From the NCBI GenBank assembly GCA_003945285.1, contig AP019005.1:2035747-2059746 (forward strand): a DNA stretch of 24,000 nt. Reading direction: 5' to 3'. Position 1 is the first letter of the stretch; each line of letters begins with the position of its first letter. This DNA is from Hydrogenimonas sp. Its GTDB lineage: Bacteria; Campylobacterota; Campylobacteria; Campylobacterales; Hydrogenimonadaceae. A program made the translations under genes and the position numbers. Below are positions 14,771 through 24,000 of the stretch, one piece after another. Under the pieces are notes generated by a model. That model saw only the letters and a list, made by a program, of their open reading frames with translations, ran no database searches and was not told the origin of the DNA.

Positions 14771-16033
14771 CTACAGACCCACCGCGCTGAGCGTTTCATA
14801 CTTGCTCATATATATCTGCGCTTCGATCTTTCTCATCGTATCTAGTGCTACCTGTACGACGATGAGAACGGCGGTACCGCCGAAATAGAACGGGACACCC
14901 ATACTTTTTACGAGAATCCACGGAAGAGTCGATATGAGTGCCAGATATATAGCTCCCCAGAAGGTGAGCCGGCTCGCCACTTCGTTCAGGAATTCTGCCG
15001 TATGTTCACCCGGTCTCACTCCGGGTATGAAACCTCCCTGTCGCTTGAGGTTGTCGGCGATGTCCTTGGCGTTAAAAACAATCGACGCATAGAAATATGC
15101 GAAAAATATTACGAACAGGAACATCAGAAAATTGAAGGTGTAGCTGTTCGGATGCAGGAAGTCCGAAATCTTCTGGACGATCGGGTTGGTCGACGCCTGA
15201 AGTATTGTTGACGGGAACATAAGGATCGCTGAGGCGAAAATAGGGGGGATTACCCCGCTCAGGTTGACCTTGATCGGTATATAGTTCATGATTCTTTTCT
15301 TCTGGTTCTGCATCATGACTTTTCTGGAGTAGCTAACCGGTATACGTCTTTCGCCAAGCTCTACATAGATGATGAAACCCACGGTCAGCAATATGATGGC
15401 GAGTATTGCGAGGACAACCAGGAAATTGAGCTCTCCGGTATTCACAAGATTGATCGTACCGCCTATTGCGGACGGTATGGACGATACGATACCAGCAAAG
15501 ATGATCAGCGAAATTCCGTTCCCCACGCCTCTTTGTGTGATCTGCTCACCGATCCACATCAGCAGCATCGTACCTGTGAGCATAGAGAATGCCGCTATCG
15601 TCACAAAGGATGTCGTATCGATCATTATCGCACTTTCACCGCCTTTTCCTGTAAGACTCTGAAGACCTATCGCGACACCTACGGCCTGTACAAGAGTAAT
15701 GGCAATAGTGGCATAGCGGATTATCTGCATATACTTCGTCATCCCGTCGCGCTCTTTTTTCATCTTGCCGAGTTCCGGGAAAGTTGCAGCGAGAAGTTCC
15801 ATGATAATAGACGCAGTAATGTAGGGCATGATACCTAGAGAGATGATACTGAGACGGCTTATTGCGTTACCGCTGAACATATTGAACATGCCCAGGGCAT
15901 TGGAGGAGTTGGAATCAAAGAACTCTTTGATAACATCGACGTTTACACCGGGTACAGGCACGTAGGCCAGTATCCGGTATGCCAGCAAAAACCCCAGTGT
16001 GATCAGGATTTTATTGACCAATGATCTAGTCAT
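14771..16033 (-). CDS. secY: preprotein translocase subunit SecY
   Basis: 420 aa, about 10 TM segments. Motifs LGIMPYITASIIMELL and GISLIIFAGIV. Operon position is between rplO and map. Confidence 0.97.
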   Translation of the reverse strand: MTRSLVNKILITLGFLLAYRILAYVPVPGVNVDVIKEFFDSNSSNALGMFNMFSGNAISRLSIISLGIMPYITASIIMELLAATFPELGKMKKERDGMTKYMQIIRYATIAITLVQAVGVAIGLQSLTGKGGESAIMIDTTSFVTIAAFSMLTGTMLLMWIGEQITQRGVGNGISLIIFAGIVSSIPSAIGGTINLVNTGELNFLVVLAILAIILLTVGFIIYVELGERRIPVSYSRKVMMQNQKKRIMNYIPIKVNLSGVIPPIFASAILMFPSTILQASTNPIVQKISDFLHPNSYTFNFLMFLFVIFFAYFYASIVFNAKDIADNLKRQGGFIPGVRPGEHTAEFLNEVASRLTFWGAIYLALISTLPWILVKSMGVPFYFGGTAVLIVVQVALDTMRKIEAQIYMSKYETLSAVGL

Positions 16034-16035
16034 TG

Positions 16036-16434
16036 CTATTTTCCGCTGGTCGTAATTTGCTCGTCTTTGATTTTCGCGGCGAGCTCTTTTGCACCCTTGC
16101 CGATCAATTTAACGCGCTTATGCTTGCCTTTGATTGAGTGTACAGTCAAAAGCGTTTCCATTGTGATTTCATTCAACTCAGCGATTGCCGGTACTCTTTC
16201 TATGTTGATGACATACGGCTTTTCAACTCGTGAGGTGAAACCTACTTTGGGCAGACGGCGCTGAATCGGCTGTTGACCGCCTTCAAAACCGCGCTTCTGC
16301 TTGTATCCGGTTCTCGACTTCTGCCCTTTGTTTCCGCGGGTGGCAGTTTTGCCCATCCCGCTTCCCTGCCCGCGGCCGACACGCTTGGCACTCTTGGTGC
16401 TTCCCTGTGCTTTGGTTAGATTGTGAAGTGACAT
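16036..16434 (-). CDS. rplO: 50S ribosomal protein L15
   Basis: 132 aa. Gly/Arg-rich N-terminus [24 protein letters not shown]. Confidence 0.96.
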   Translation of the reverse strand: MSLHNLTKAQGSTKSAKRVGRGQGSGMGKTATRGNKGQKSRTGYKQKRGFEGGQQPIQRRLPKVGFTSRVEKPYVINIERVPAIAELNEITMETLLTVHSIKGKHKRVKLIGKGAKELAAKIKDEQITTSGK

Positions 16435-16437
16435 CTC

Positions 16438-16881
16438 TTATCCTTTGATCCGGCTCAGTGCTTCGACAGTCGCACGAACCAGGTTGTTGGGGTTGTTCGA
16501 ACCCAGTGATTTGGTCAGGATATCCTTGATACCGGCAAGCTCGATGACCGGTCGTGCGGCACCTCCCGCGATGACTCCCGTACCTTCGCTGGCAGGCTTG
16601 AGCAGGATCTTGCTCGAGTTGTACTTGTGCTCGATATCGTGAGCGATAGTAGAACCTTTGATATTGACTTTGACCAGGTTTTTGAACGCCTCGTCTATTC
16701 CTTTGCGAATCGCATCCGGAACCTCTTTGGCCTTACCCATTCCGAAGCCGACAGTTCCGTTGCGGTCTCCCACAACTACGAGAGCCGTAAATCGGAATCG
16801 CCGACCGCCCTTGACAACCTTGGTTACCCGGCCTATATTGACGATAACCTCTTCGAAATCTTCTCGATTGATATTTTCCAT
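16438..16881 (-). CDS. rpsE: 30S ribosomal protein S5
   Basis: 147 aa. [47 protein letters not shown]. Confidence 0.97.
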   Translation of the reverse strand: MENINREDFEEVIVNIGRVTKVVKGGRRFRFTALVVVGDRNGTVGFGMGKAKEVPDAIRKGIDEAFKNLVKVNIKGSTIAHDIEHKYNSSKILLKPASEGTGVIAGGAARPVIELAGIKDILTKSLGSNNPNNLVRATVEALSRIKG

Positions 16882-16893
16882 TTCTATTACCCT

Positions 16894-17250
16894 TTAGACC
16901 TGTATTCCGTTTTCGCGCAGTGCATCGGCAAACGCGGCAACGACACCGTGGTATATATATCCGTTACGATCGAATACTGCGCTCTCGATACCCTTCTCCT
17001 TCATTGCGGCGGCGATTGCCTCCGCAACTTTGATAGCAGCCTCTTTGTTGGCTTTAAGACCCATTTTGCATCCGTCTGCAGCCGCCAGTGTGACGCCGGA
17101 AACATCATCGATCGCCTGCGCGTAGATATGCTTGTTGGAGCGGAACACGGTAACGCGCGGCTTCTCGGCAGTTCCGAAAATCTTGCCGCGGACACGGGCT
17201 TTACGCTTTGCGCGCTGTACATTTTTCTTCATGAGTAGTGTTCTATTCAT
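16894..17250 (-). CDS. rplR: 50S ribosomal protein L18
   Basis: 118 aa. [37 protein letters not shown] 17250 has AAGGG 7 nt upstream; an alternative ATG is at 17232. Confidence 0.95.
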   Translation of the reverse strand: MNRTLLMKKNVQRAKRKARVRGKIFGTAEKPRVTVFRSNKHIYAQAIDDVSGVTLAAADGCKMGLKANKEAAIKVAEAIAAAMKEKGIESAVFDRNGYIYHGVVAAFADALRENGIQV

Positions 17251-17260
17251 AGTTCAACCC

Positions 17261-17794
17261 TTATTTACCTGTTTTACCGGCTTTGCGGAGAATCACTTCA
17301 TCCACATACTTGACACCTTTGCCTTTATAAGGCTCCGGCGGTCTGAATGCGCGGATCTCCGCCGCCACCTGTCCAACCTTCTGCTTATCCTGTCCCTTCA
17401 CGGAGACGATATTCTTCTCTACGGCTATAGTGATCCCCTCCGGAATCTCATAGTTCACCGGGTGGGAAAATCCGAGTTGGAGCTCGAGAACCTTCCCCTT
17501 TACCGCTGCACGGTAACCGACTCCGTTGATTTCGAGTCTCTTTTCGAACCCCTGTGTCAAACCGGTGATGATGTTCTGGGTAAGCGCACGGTATGTGCCC
17601 CAGAACGCGCTGCTTGCCTTGTCATCACCTTTTCGGTGGAAGATGATCTTGTTATCGCTGATCTCGATATCTACACGGCCGTGCGTATCGAGACGCTTTG
17701 TATCTTTTCCCTTGGAAACGACAACTTCTGTACCCTCGACTTTGACATCTACGCCTGCCGGGATATCAATCGGTTTCTTTCCTATACGTGACAT
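17261..17794 (-). CDS. rplF: 50S ribosomal protein L6
   Basis: 177 aa. [21 protein letters not shown]... is canonical L6. Confidence 0.97.
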   Translation of the reverse strand: MSRIGKKPIDIPAGVDVKVEGTEVVVSKGKDTKRLDTHGRVDIEISDNKIIFHRKGDDKASSAFWGTYRALTQNIITGLTQGFEKRLEINGVGYRAAVKGKVLELQLGFSHPVNYEIPEGITIAVEKNIVSVKGQDKQKVGQVAAEIRAFRPPEPYKGKGVKYVDEVILRKAGKTGK

Positions 17795-17804
17795 ATTCTA
17801 TTCC

Positions 17805-18200
17805 TTACCAGATGCTGCAGAGAACTTCGCCGCCGATACCGCGCTTGTACGCTTCATCGTTGGCAAGAACGCCCTGAGATGTGCTGACGACTATCGTGCC
17901 GTAGCCGTTTTTGAACCGTTTGATCGCCTCTTTGCCTTTGTAGACGCGGCGACCGGGTTTGGAGATTCGCTTTATTTCGTTTATAACGCTTCTGCCTTCG
18001 TCATCATATTTCAATACGACATTGATCGCTTTTTTACCGTCATTCTCGACTACCTTGTAGCTCTCGATGTAGCCCTTCTCCTGTAGTATCTTCATGATCG
18101 CTTCAACAATTTTCGAATAAAGAAGCGTTGTAACTTCCAGTCTTCGCATTGATGCGTTTCTAATGCGTGTCAATGAATCTGCAATTAGATCGTTCACCAT
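17805..18200 (-). CDS. rpsH: 30S ribosomal protein S8
   Basis: 131 aa. [13 protein letters not shown]...GGEVLCSIW. Confidence 0.97.
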   Translation of the reverse strand: MVNDLIADSLTRIRNASMRRLEVTTLLYSKIVEAIMKILQEKGYIESYKVVENDGKKAINVVLKYDDEGRSVINEIKRISKPGRRVYKGKEAIKRFKNGYGTIVVSTSQGVLANDEAYKRGIGGEVLCSIW

Positions 18201-18210
18201 TGCTATCTCC

Positions 18211-18396
18211 TTACCAGCTTGATTTTTTTACGCCAGGAAGAAGACCTTCGCTAGCCATTTTGCGCAGGCAGATTCGGCAGATGCCGAAATCCCTGTACAC
18301 TGAGTGCGGTCGGCCGCAGATGCTGCAGCGCGTATAGGCACGGACTTTGAATTTTGGTTTTCGCTGTTGCTTGGCAATCATCGATTTTTTAGCCAT
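18211..18396 (-). CDS. rpsN: 30S ribosomal protein S14, type Z (zinc-binding, 61 aa)
   Basis: [61 protein letters not shown], with CxxC...CxxC. ATG at 18396 overlaps the rplE 3' end by 8 nt. The ORF-track extension to 18435 is spurious. Confidence 0.95.
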   Translation of the reverse strand: MAKKSMIAKQQRKPKFKVRAYTRCSICGRPHSVYRDFGICRICLRKMASEGLLPGVKKSSW

Positions 18397-18940
18397 TTTG
18401 TCGTCCTTTTGCAAAAGGCATACCGAGCTTTTCAAGAAGCGCGAATGCCGCTTTGTCGTTGTCAGTCGTTGTAACGATCGTGATGTTCATACCGTGTGTC
18501 TTGATGATATTGTCATATTCGACTTCCGGGAACATGAGCTGCTCGTCGAGTCCGAAGTTGTAGTTTCCGTGACCGTCAAAACCGTTTCTGGAGACGCCTC
18601 GGAAATCCTTCACTCTCGGAAGTGCTATCGAGATTAGTTTGTCGAGGAAGTTGTACATCATCTTTCCTCTCAACGTAACCTTGACACCTACCGGCATTCC
18701 CTCACGGACTTTGAAACCCGCGACCGATTTTCTCGCAGGTACTATAACCGCTTTCTGTCCCGCGATGAGAGTGATCGTGTCGGCAATGTTCTGAACGACC
18801 TTCGTATCTTTGGCATCGCTGCCGCATCCGACACTGATGACGATCTTCTCGAGAGCCGGGATCAGCATCGGGTTCTCTATCTCAAGCTCCTCTTTCAGGA
18901 CCGGCTTCAGCTCTTCATATCTCTCTTTGAGTCTCAGCAT
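18389..18940 (-). CDS. rplE: 50S ribosomal protein L5
   Basis: 183 aa from the ATG at 18940 ([10 protein letters not shown]...), 1 nt after the rplX stop. The ORF-track start at 18967 lies inside rplX. Confidence 0.96.
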   Translation of the reverse strand: MLRLKERYEELKPVLKEELEIENPMLIPALEKIVISVGCGSDAKDTKVVQNIADTITLIAGQKAVIVPARKSVAGFKVREGMPVGVKVTLRGKMMYNFLDKLISIALPRVKDFRGVSRNGFDGHGNYNFGLDEQLMFPEVEYDNIIKTHGMNITIVTTTDNDKAAFALLEKLGMPFAKGRQNG

Positions 18941-18941
18941 A

Positions 18942-19178
18942 TCATGCACCTTCCACTTTTCGTACATTGGAGATGTGAATCGGCATCTCTTTGTTTACAA
19001 ACCCGCCTTCCGGATTCTTTTCGGAAGGTTTTACGGCTTTCTTGACAACTTTGCATCCGGCGACGATCACCGCATCTTTAGCCGGCAGAACACGAAGTAC
19101 TTCCGCCTGCTTGCCTTTGTCGTCTCCCGCGATGATCTCTACCGTATCACCCTTTTTGATCTTGAACTTCTTCGCCAT
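18942..19178 (-). CDS. rplX: 50S ribosomal protein L24
   Basis: 78 aa. [25 protein letters not shown] is a KOW motif. Confidence 0.96.
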   Translation of the reverse strand: MAKKFKIKKGDTVEIIAGDDKGKQAEVLRVLPAKDAVIVAGCKVVKKAVKPSEKNPEGGFVNKEMPIHISNVRKVEGA

Positions 19179-19546
19179 TACAGCACCTCCGGAGCAAGAG
19201 ATACGATCTTCATGAAATTCGAGTAGCGGACTTCACGGCTTACCGGTCCGAATATACGAGTGCCGATAGGCTCTTTTTTCGAATCGAGAATAACTGCGGC
19301 ATTGTCATCGAAACGGATGAGAGAGCCGTTTTCACGCTGAATCTCTTTTTTGGTTCGTACGACGACCGCCTTTACAACCTGCCCTTTTTTCACTTTGCCG
19401 TTGGGGAGCGCTTTTTTGACGGAAGCTACGATAACGTCACCCACACTGGCATATCTGCGCTTGCTTCCGCCGAGAACCTTGATACACATAATCTCTTTAG
19501 CGCCGCTGTTATCGGCTACGTTCAATCTTGTAAAACTCTGAATCAT
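19178..19546 (-). CDS. rplN: 50S ribosomal protein L14
   Basis: 122 aa from the ATG at 19546 ([18 protein letters not shown]...). ATGA overlap with the rpsQ stop. Confidence 0.97.
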   Translation of the reverse strand: MIQSFTRLNVADNSGAKEIMCIKVLGGSKRRYASVGDVIVASVKKALPNGKVKKGQVVKAVVVRTKKEIQRENGSLIRFDDNAAVILDSKKEPIGTRIFGPVSREVRYSNFMKIVSLAPEVL

Positions 19547-19800
19547 GATCCGACTCCTGTACTTACGATCTCCTTGAGACGGAACGATTTTGTCTTGGAG
19601 AGCGGTCGGCACTCGATTGCCGTAACCACATCACCTACGTTCGTTTCGTTTCTCTCATCGTGAACAAGATACTTTTTAAATCTTTTGACCGTTTTGTGGT
19701 ATCTGGGGTGCATGACACGGCGCTCGACCAGAACGGTCGCCGTCTTGTCACCAGCCTTCTTTACAACGGTCCCTTGAATAATACGTTTATGAGACGCCAT
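19543..19800 (-). CDS. rpsQ: 30S ribosomal protein S17
   Basis: 85 aa. [40 protein letters not shown]. Confidence 0.96.
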   Translation of the reverse strand: MASHKRIIQGTVVKKAGDKTATVLVERRVMHPRYHKTVKRFKKYLVHDERNETNVGDVVTAIECRPLSKTKSFRLKEIVSTGVGS

Positions 19801-19809
19801 TTTTAATCC

Positions 19810-20001
19810 TTATCCATTCTTCTGCGCGTTGATGGCAGTTTTGATGCGGGCTATATCTTTGCGAACGGCACGCAGCTCGTTCGGGTTGGTAAGCTGCATC
19901 GTCTTGAGATTGAGTCTCATCTCAAACAGCTCCATCTTCTTCTCTTTCAACATCCCTTCAAGCTCTTTCAAGCTCTTATCCTGAATCTCAGTATATTTCA
20001 T
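19810..20001 (-). CDS. rpmC: 50S ribosomal protein L29
   Basis: 63 aa. Helical with the L29 pattern ([32 protein letters not shown]). Positioned between rplP and rpsQ. Confidence 0.94.
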   Translation of the reverse strand: MKYTEIQDKSLKELEGMLKEKKMELFEMRLNLKTMQLTNPNELRAVRKDIARIKTAINAQKNG

Positions 20002-20413
20002 TGCTTGCCTCTTGCGTTACAATTTTTGTTTTGAAAGGGAGTTTGTGCATCGCGAGCGTGAGCGCTTCGCGGGCCAGTTTGTCTTCCACTCCGGCCATCT
20101 CGTATATTATCCTGCCGGGCTTGATATTCATAACCCACTTGTCCACTGCACCTTTACCCTTACCCATTCTTGTTTCGAGTGGTTTGGCTGTTATCGGCTT
20201 GTCAGGGAATACGCGAATCCACACTTTACCTGTACGCTTTACGTGACGGGTCATAGCGACACGGGCAGCTTCTATCTGGCGGCTGTCGATACGTCCGGCT
20301 TCGGTCGCTTTGATCCCGATGTTGCCGAATGCCAGCTGATTACCGCGATACGCTTTTCCGCGGTTTCGACCCTTCTGCTGTTTTCGGTATTTCGTTCTTT
20401 TAGGCATCAACAT
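19988..20413 (-). CDS. rplP: 50S ribosomal protein L16
   Basis: 141 aa. [19 protein letters not shown]... is canonical L16. Its 3' end overlaps the rpmC start by 14 nt. Confidence 0.97.
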   Translation of the reverse strand: MLMPKRTKYRKQQKGRNRGKAYRGNQLAFGNIGIKATEAGRIDSRQIEAARVAMTRHVKRTGKVWIRVFPDKPITAKPLETRMGKGKGAVDKWVMNIKPGRIIYEMAGVEDKLAREALTLAMHKLPFKTKIVTQEASNEIY

Positions 20414-20415
20414 GA

Positions 20416-21111
20416 TTAACTCCTTCCGCGACGCGGTGCACGGCGTCCGCGCTTCTCTTCTGCAGGCTCGGGCTGGATCCCCTTTTGTAGAACTTCACCT
20501 TTGAAGATCCATACCTTCACACCGATTATTCCGTATGTTGTGTACGCCTGCGCAAAACCGTAGTCAATTTTTGCCCTGAGCGTATGGAGAGGAACACGTC
20601 CTTCGAGATACCACTCCGTTCTCGCCATTTCGGCTCCGCCCAGACGGCCTGCGACCTGGACCTTGATACCTTTTGCTCCAGCCTTCTGCGCAGCCTGGAT
20701 AACCTTTTTCATCGCCCGCCTGAACGCAACACGTCTCTCCAGCTGCGTCGCGATATTTTCAGCCGCGAGTTGGGCAGAAGCCTGCGGGCGCTTCTCTTCG
20801 CGAATGTTGAGAGCCACAGGCTTTTTGACCATATTCTGGAGCCTGGCTTTGAGCTTCTCGATATCGGCACCCTTTTTTCCGATAATGATGCCGGGGCGAG
20901 CCGCCACAATCGTTACGCGAAGACGTTTAGCCGTACGCTCGATGATAATATCCGCTATTCCCGCATAATAGAGCTCTTTTTTTAGAAACTTGCGGATTTT
21001 GTCATCCTCCGCAACGAATGCGGGAACGCGCTGCCAGTTCGGATACCAGCGTGATGACCAGTTACGGTTGATTCCAAGGCGCAAACCGATCGGATTGACT
21101 TTCTGACCCAT
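20416..21111 (-). CDS. rpsC: 30S ribosomal protein S3
   Basis: 231 aa. [23 protein letters not shown]..., with a KH domain. Confidence 0.97.
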   Translation of the reverse strand: MGQKVNPIGLRLGINRNWSSRWYPNWQRVPAFVAEDDKIRKFLKKELYYAGIADIIIERTAKRLRVTIVAARPGIIIGKKGADIEKLKARLQNMVKKPVALNIREEKRPQASAQLAAENIATQLERRVAFRRAMKKVIQAAQKAGAKGIKVQVAGRLGGAEMARTEWYLEGRVPLHTLRAKIDYGFAQAYTTYGIIGVKVWIFKGEVLQKGIQPEPAEEKRGRRAPRRGRS

Positions 21112-21437
21112 TACTTATCCTTCGCTTCTGTGACTTCGACAATCACGTGAGATGTTGGTTTCATTATTCGTGATGCACGGCCGCGTGCACGCGGTTTCCA
21201 TCGCTTGAGAACCGGTCCTTTGTCGACTCGGCAGGAGGAGATAACCACCTCTTCCGGCTCATATCCGCCGTTGGCAACCGCCGAAGCGATCACTTTGGAT
21301 ATGACTTTCGCAGCTTTGTTCGGCATGAACTCCAGGCTCGCCAGGGCCTCTTCAGCATTCATACCCTGCACCTCTCTCGCGATAAGACGTGCTTTTGTCG
21401 GGCTGAGGCGAATGAATTTAAGTGTTGCTCTACTCAT
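21111..21437 (-). CDS. rplV: 50S ribosomal protein L22
   Basis: [44 protein letters not shown] closely matches Campylobacter L22. I prefer the second ATG (21437) because of its spacing from AAGGGG. Confidence 0.96.
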   Translation of the reverse strand: MSRATLKFIRLSPTKARLIAREVQGMNAEEALASLEFMPNKAAKVISKVIASAVANGGYEPEEVVISSCRVDKGPVLKRWKPRARGRASRIMKPTSHVIVEVTEAKDK

Positions 21438-21447
21438 CATCTACCCC

Positions 21448-21729
21448 TTATTTCCCGATCTTTTTCTGAACAGAGCCCTTGTGGCCTCTGAATGTACGAG
21501 TCGGAGCGAACTCACCGAGTTTATACCCGACATGGTTCTCTGTAATATATACAGGAACGAACTGGCGTCCGTTGTGGACGTTGATGGTCAAACCGATCAT
21601 CTCCGGGAAGATGGTGCTTCGGCGTGACCATGTTTTAATCGGTTTCGTATCACCGGTCTCTTTCGCTTTGAGTACCTTTTTCATCAGGTGCTCATCGATA
21701 AAAGGACCCTTTTTAATCGATCTTGCCAT
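21448..21729 (-). CDS. rpsS: 30S ribosomal protein S19
   Basis: 93 aa. [19 protein letters not shown]...[51 protein letters not shown]. Confidence 0.97.
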   Translation of the reverse strand: MARSIKKGPFIDEHLMKKVLKAKETGDTKPIKTWSRRSTIFPEMIGLTINVHNGRQFVPVYITENHVGYKLGEFAPTRTFRGHKGSVQKKIGK

Positions 21730-21740
21730 TACTTACCCTC

Positions 21741-22571
21741 TTATTTCTTTTTGCGTCGTGAAATGATCAGTTTGTCACTAGCTTTCTTACGACGAGTTTT
21801 AAAGCCTTTTGTCGGCATACCCCAAGGTGTCACCGGGTGTCGTCCCGAGTTTGTCTTTCCTTCACCACCGCCGTGCGGGTGATCGACCGGGTTCATCGCT
21901 GAACCGCGCGTCTGAGGACGGATACCCAGGTGTCGGCTTCTACCTGCTTTACCTATGACGATGTTGGCGAACTCTTCGTTTCCTACCGTACCGATAGTCG
22001 CCATGCACTCGCCGAGGATCTTGCGCATCTCCGAGCTGGGAAGTCTGAGGATTACATATTTACCCTCACGACCCATGATCTGCGCATACCCGCCTGCGCT
22101 TCTTACCATCTGCGCTCCCTTGCCGGGTTTCATCTCGATATTGTGAACGAGTGTACCGACCGGTATGTTTTTAAGTTTCATCGCATTGCCCGGTTTGATG
22201 TCTAGACCGGACTCGGCAGACTGGATCTTGTCACCGACCTTGAGTCCGCTCGGCTGTATTATGTAGCGCTTCTCACCGTCTGCATAGTTGATGAGGCAGA
22301 TGCGGCAGTTTCTGTACGGATCGTACTCTATCGTCGCCACAGTGCCTTCGATACCGAACTTGTTACGCTTGAAGTCGATGATACGGTAGAGTTTTTTGGC
22401 CCCCGCTTCCTTGTGACGGGAAGTAATGCGTCCGCGATTGTTGCGTCCCGCTTTTGCCGGAAGCTTTTTCAGAAGCTTTCGGACTGTCGGTTTGCTTGTA
22501 ATGTCCCCGTTGTCGACAACGCTCATGTAGCGTCGGCTGGGGGTGTACGGTTTGTATGTTTTTATTGCCAT
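21741..22571 (-). CDS. rplB: 50S ribosomal protein L2
   Basis: 276 aa. [14 protein letters not shown]...[17 protein letters not shown]. Confidence 0.97.
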   Translation of the reverse strand: MAIKTYKPYTPSRRYMSVVDNGDITSKPTVRKLLKKLPAKAGRNNRGRITSRHKEAGAKKLYRIIDFKRNKFGIEGTVATIEYDPYRNCRICLINYADGEKRYIIQPSGLKVGDKIQSAESGLDIKPGNAMKLKNIPVGTLVHNIEMKPGKGAQMVRSAGGYAQIMGREGKYVILRLPSSEMRKILGECMATIGTVGNEEFANIVIGKAGRSRHLGIRPQTRGSAMNPVDHPHGGGEGKTNSGRHPVTPWGMPTKGFKTRRKKASDKLIISRRKKK

Positions 22572-22581
22572 CTTCTATTCC

Positions 22582-22863
22582 TTACGCACTCAAGCTCTCG
22601 ATGTTTGCGCCTTCCGGCAGCTTAACATAGAACTTTTTGAAATCTGCACGCTTTCCTTCTTTGCCTCGGAAACGTTTGACCTTGCCGCTCTGGCGAAGCG
22701 AGTTCACCTTGACCGGATTTACTCCGAAGTACTCTTTGAAGATCGCTTTGAGCTGATTCTTCGTAACCTTCGGAGATGTCTGCACAACGATGACACCATC
22801 TTCTTGAAGACCGAGTGTCTTTTCCGTATAGAGTATCGATTTGATGTCTGTAATATCTGCCAT
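22582..22863 (-). CDS. rplW: 50S ribosomal protein L23
   Basis: 93 aa. Operon position and the [22 protein letters not shown] pattern. Confidence 0.94.
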   Translation of the reverse strand: MADITDIKSILYTEKTLGLQEDGVIVVQTSPKVTKNQLKAIFKEYFGVNPVKVNSLRQSGKVKRFRGKEGKRADFKKFYVKLPEGANIESLSA

Positions 22864-22864
22864 C

Positions 22865-23479
22865 TTAGCCCTCTTTCGTCAGATTTTCCCAAACCGCTTT
22901 TTCGATAACAACCGCGCGGTACGCTGCTGCCAGATAGCCGTTGAGTTCATTCTCTTCGATCAAATAACAGTTCGGAAGATTTCTAAATGCCAAATAGGTT
23001 TTGTCGTCGATAAGAGACTTGACCCAAAGGGCATCACGTTCGCCAAGCTTATTCATCATCGCCGCGGCATCTTTCGTCTTGCCGCTTGCGACTTCTACGC
23101 TGTCGACGATGTAGAGCTTCCCGTTGGCAGCTTTCTCCGCAAGAGCGTGCAGAAGTGCGAGGCGCTTCTGTTTCTTGTTCACCTTCTGGTCGTAGTTGCG
23201 GTTCGCTTTCGGTCCGAAAGCGGCGCCGCCGCCGACAAAAAGAGGTGAGCGGATAGAGCCGGCACGTGCTCCGCCGCGCCCTTTCTGCGCCCACGGCTTC
23301 TTGCCGCCGCCGCTGACTGCGGAGCGGTTTTTACTGTGAGCGGTATTGGATCGCAGAGCCGCCTGATAGGACTTTACATATAAATATAGGTTGTGTGCGC
23401 CCGCTTCGAGGAACTTCGCCGGAACCTCAGCTTCGCCGGCACGCTCCAGGTTTTCGTTCAAAACTACTGCCGTACTCAT
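22865..23479 (-). CDS. rplD: 50S ribosomal protein L4
   Basis: 204 aa. [35 protein letters not shown]. Confidence 0.96.
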   Translation of the reverse strand: MSTAVVLNENLERAGEAEVPAKFLEAGAHNLYLYVKSYQAALRSNTAHSKNRSAVSGGGKKPWAQKGRGGARAGSIRSPLFVGGGAAFGPKANRNYDQKVNKKQKRLALLHALAEKAANGKLYIVDSVEVASGKTKDAAAMMNKLGERDALWVKSLIDDKTYLAFRNLPNCYLIEENELNGYLAAAYRAVVIEKAVWENLTKEG

Positions 23480-24000
23480 TTGGAAATCCTTACTCGACCC
23501 ATCGCTCCGTTAGGTCCCGGAACCGCACCTTTTACCACAAGGATTCTGTTCTCGGGATCGAACGATACGATCTCATTTTTTACTGTTACTTTTGTATTGC
23601 CGTACTGGCCGGGCATCTTCTGTCCGGGCTGTACGCGTCCGGGCCACTCACAGTTTCCGATAGAGCCCGGGGCTCTGTGAAAACGTGAACCGTGGCTCTT
23701 GGGGCCGCCTGCGAAGTTCCATCGCTTCATTACTCCCGAAAAGCCGCGCCCTTTGGTTGTAAAAGTCGTCTTGACTCTCTTGGCTTCCCCCAGAGGAGTG
23801 AGATCGATATCTCCCGCCTCGGTGTTGGCTACCTTGAGTGTCGCGAAGCGGTTGTACTCGGCGCTGAGGCCATACTTTTTCTGCTGGCCTTCGATAGCTT
23901 TGTTGCGCTTCTTGCCGCTCGAGTAGGCTACGATTGCACGTCCGTCTTCGGTAATTTCACAAACTTTTACATCCTGTACCTTCAAAAGCGTAACAGGGAC
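23476..24000 (-). CDS. rplC: 50S ribosomal protein L3 (5' end truncated by the window edge)
   Basis: The reading frame is open to position 24000 ([16 protein letters not shown]...). [36 protein letters not shown] is canonical L3. The ORF-track start at 23985 is an internal TTG. Confidence 0.93.
   Translation of the reverse strand, partial: VPVTLLKVQDVKVCEITEDGRAIVAYSSGKKRNKAIEGQQKKYGLSAEYNRFATLKVANTEAGDIDLTPLGEAKRVKTTFTTKGRGFSGVMKRWNFAGGPKSHGSRFHRAPGSIGNCEWPGRVQPGQKMPGQYGNTKVTVKNEIVSFDPENRILVVKGAVPGPNGAMGRVRISK

Noticed and set aside
14770-16438. Absence of rpmD (L30) between rpsE and rplO, and of adk between secY and map.
   Set aside because: This is not a deletion or an anomaly. The same L30-less, adk-less spc operon layout is the norm in Helicobacter and Campylobacter (established knowledge). 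It supports the taxonomic assignment rather than indicating novelty.
1-24000. Scan for CRISPR arrays, IS elements or transposases, integrases, tRNA/rRNA genes, toxin-antitoxin or defence-system genes.
   Set aside because: Nothing was found. All ORFs over 60 aa with coding character are housekeeping genes. There are no spaced direct-repeat arrays, no tRNA-like cloverleaf candidates in the few intergenic regions, and no genes typical of defence islands.

Overview
The window looks like a Campylobacterota (epsilonproteobacterial) core-chromosome segment with no mobile elements, tRNA/rRNA genes or CRISPR arrays. I assign the taxon from Helicobacter/Campylobacter-like gene order, the close RpoA and L22 resemblance to Campylobacter, and the absence of L30 and adk from the spc operon.

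Positions 10311-24000 (minus strand) hold the 3' two-thirds of the S10-spc-alpha ribosomal protein supercluster. The order is rplC (cut by the window edge), rplD, rplW, rplB, rpsS, rplV, rpsC, rplP, rpmC, rpsQ, rplN, rplX, rplE, rpsN (type Z), rpsH, rplF, rplR, rpsE, rplO, secY, map, infA, rpmJ, rpsM, rpsK, rpsD, rpoA, rplQ. rpmJ is missing from the ORF track and I found it by hand.

Positions 1-10200 carry housekeeping genes:
- a small secreted ORF, ytfJ-like, tkt, ispA, a periplasmic PDZ protein, ybaB, panD and a thioredoxin-like [2Fe-2S] ferredoxin
- a plus-strand cardiolipin synthase plus EEP-family phosphodiesterase pair
- murE, a helical/TPR-like hypothetical and a NifU-C-domain protein

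The one thing gene content does not explain is a 544-bp ORF-free spacer between infA and rpmJ (13224-13767). Every other junction in the ribosomal cluster is an overlap or at most 25 bp. Read on the operon-sense (minus) strand, the spacer is dense with hairpins that use G-U pairs. It contains an exact 13-nt repeat, is bracketed by an 11-nt direct repeat that includes the rpmJ Shine-Dalgarno, and begins with a perfect TATAAT just after infA. I could not match it to RNase P, tmRNA, SRP or common riboswitch signatures. I propose it is an undescribed structured RNA or giant leader, possibly inserted. This is a hypothesis that needs Rfam, comparative and RNA-seq testing.

Secondary observations are a 14-17 bp hairpin between ispA and tkt, the cls-EEP pairing, convergent overlap of the EEP gene and murE, and a Cys-rich N-terminal domain on the PDZ protein.
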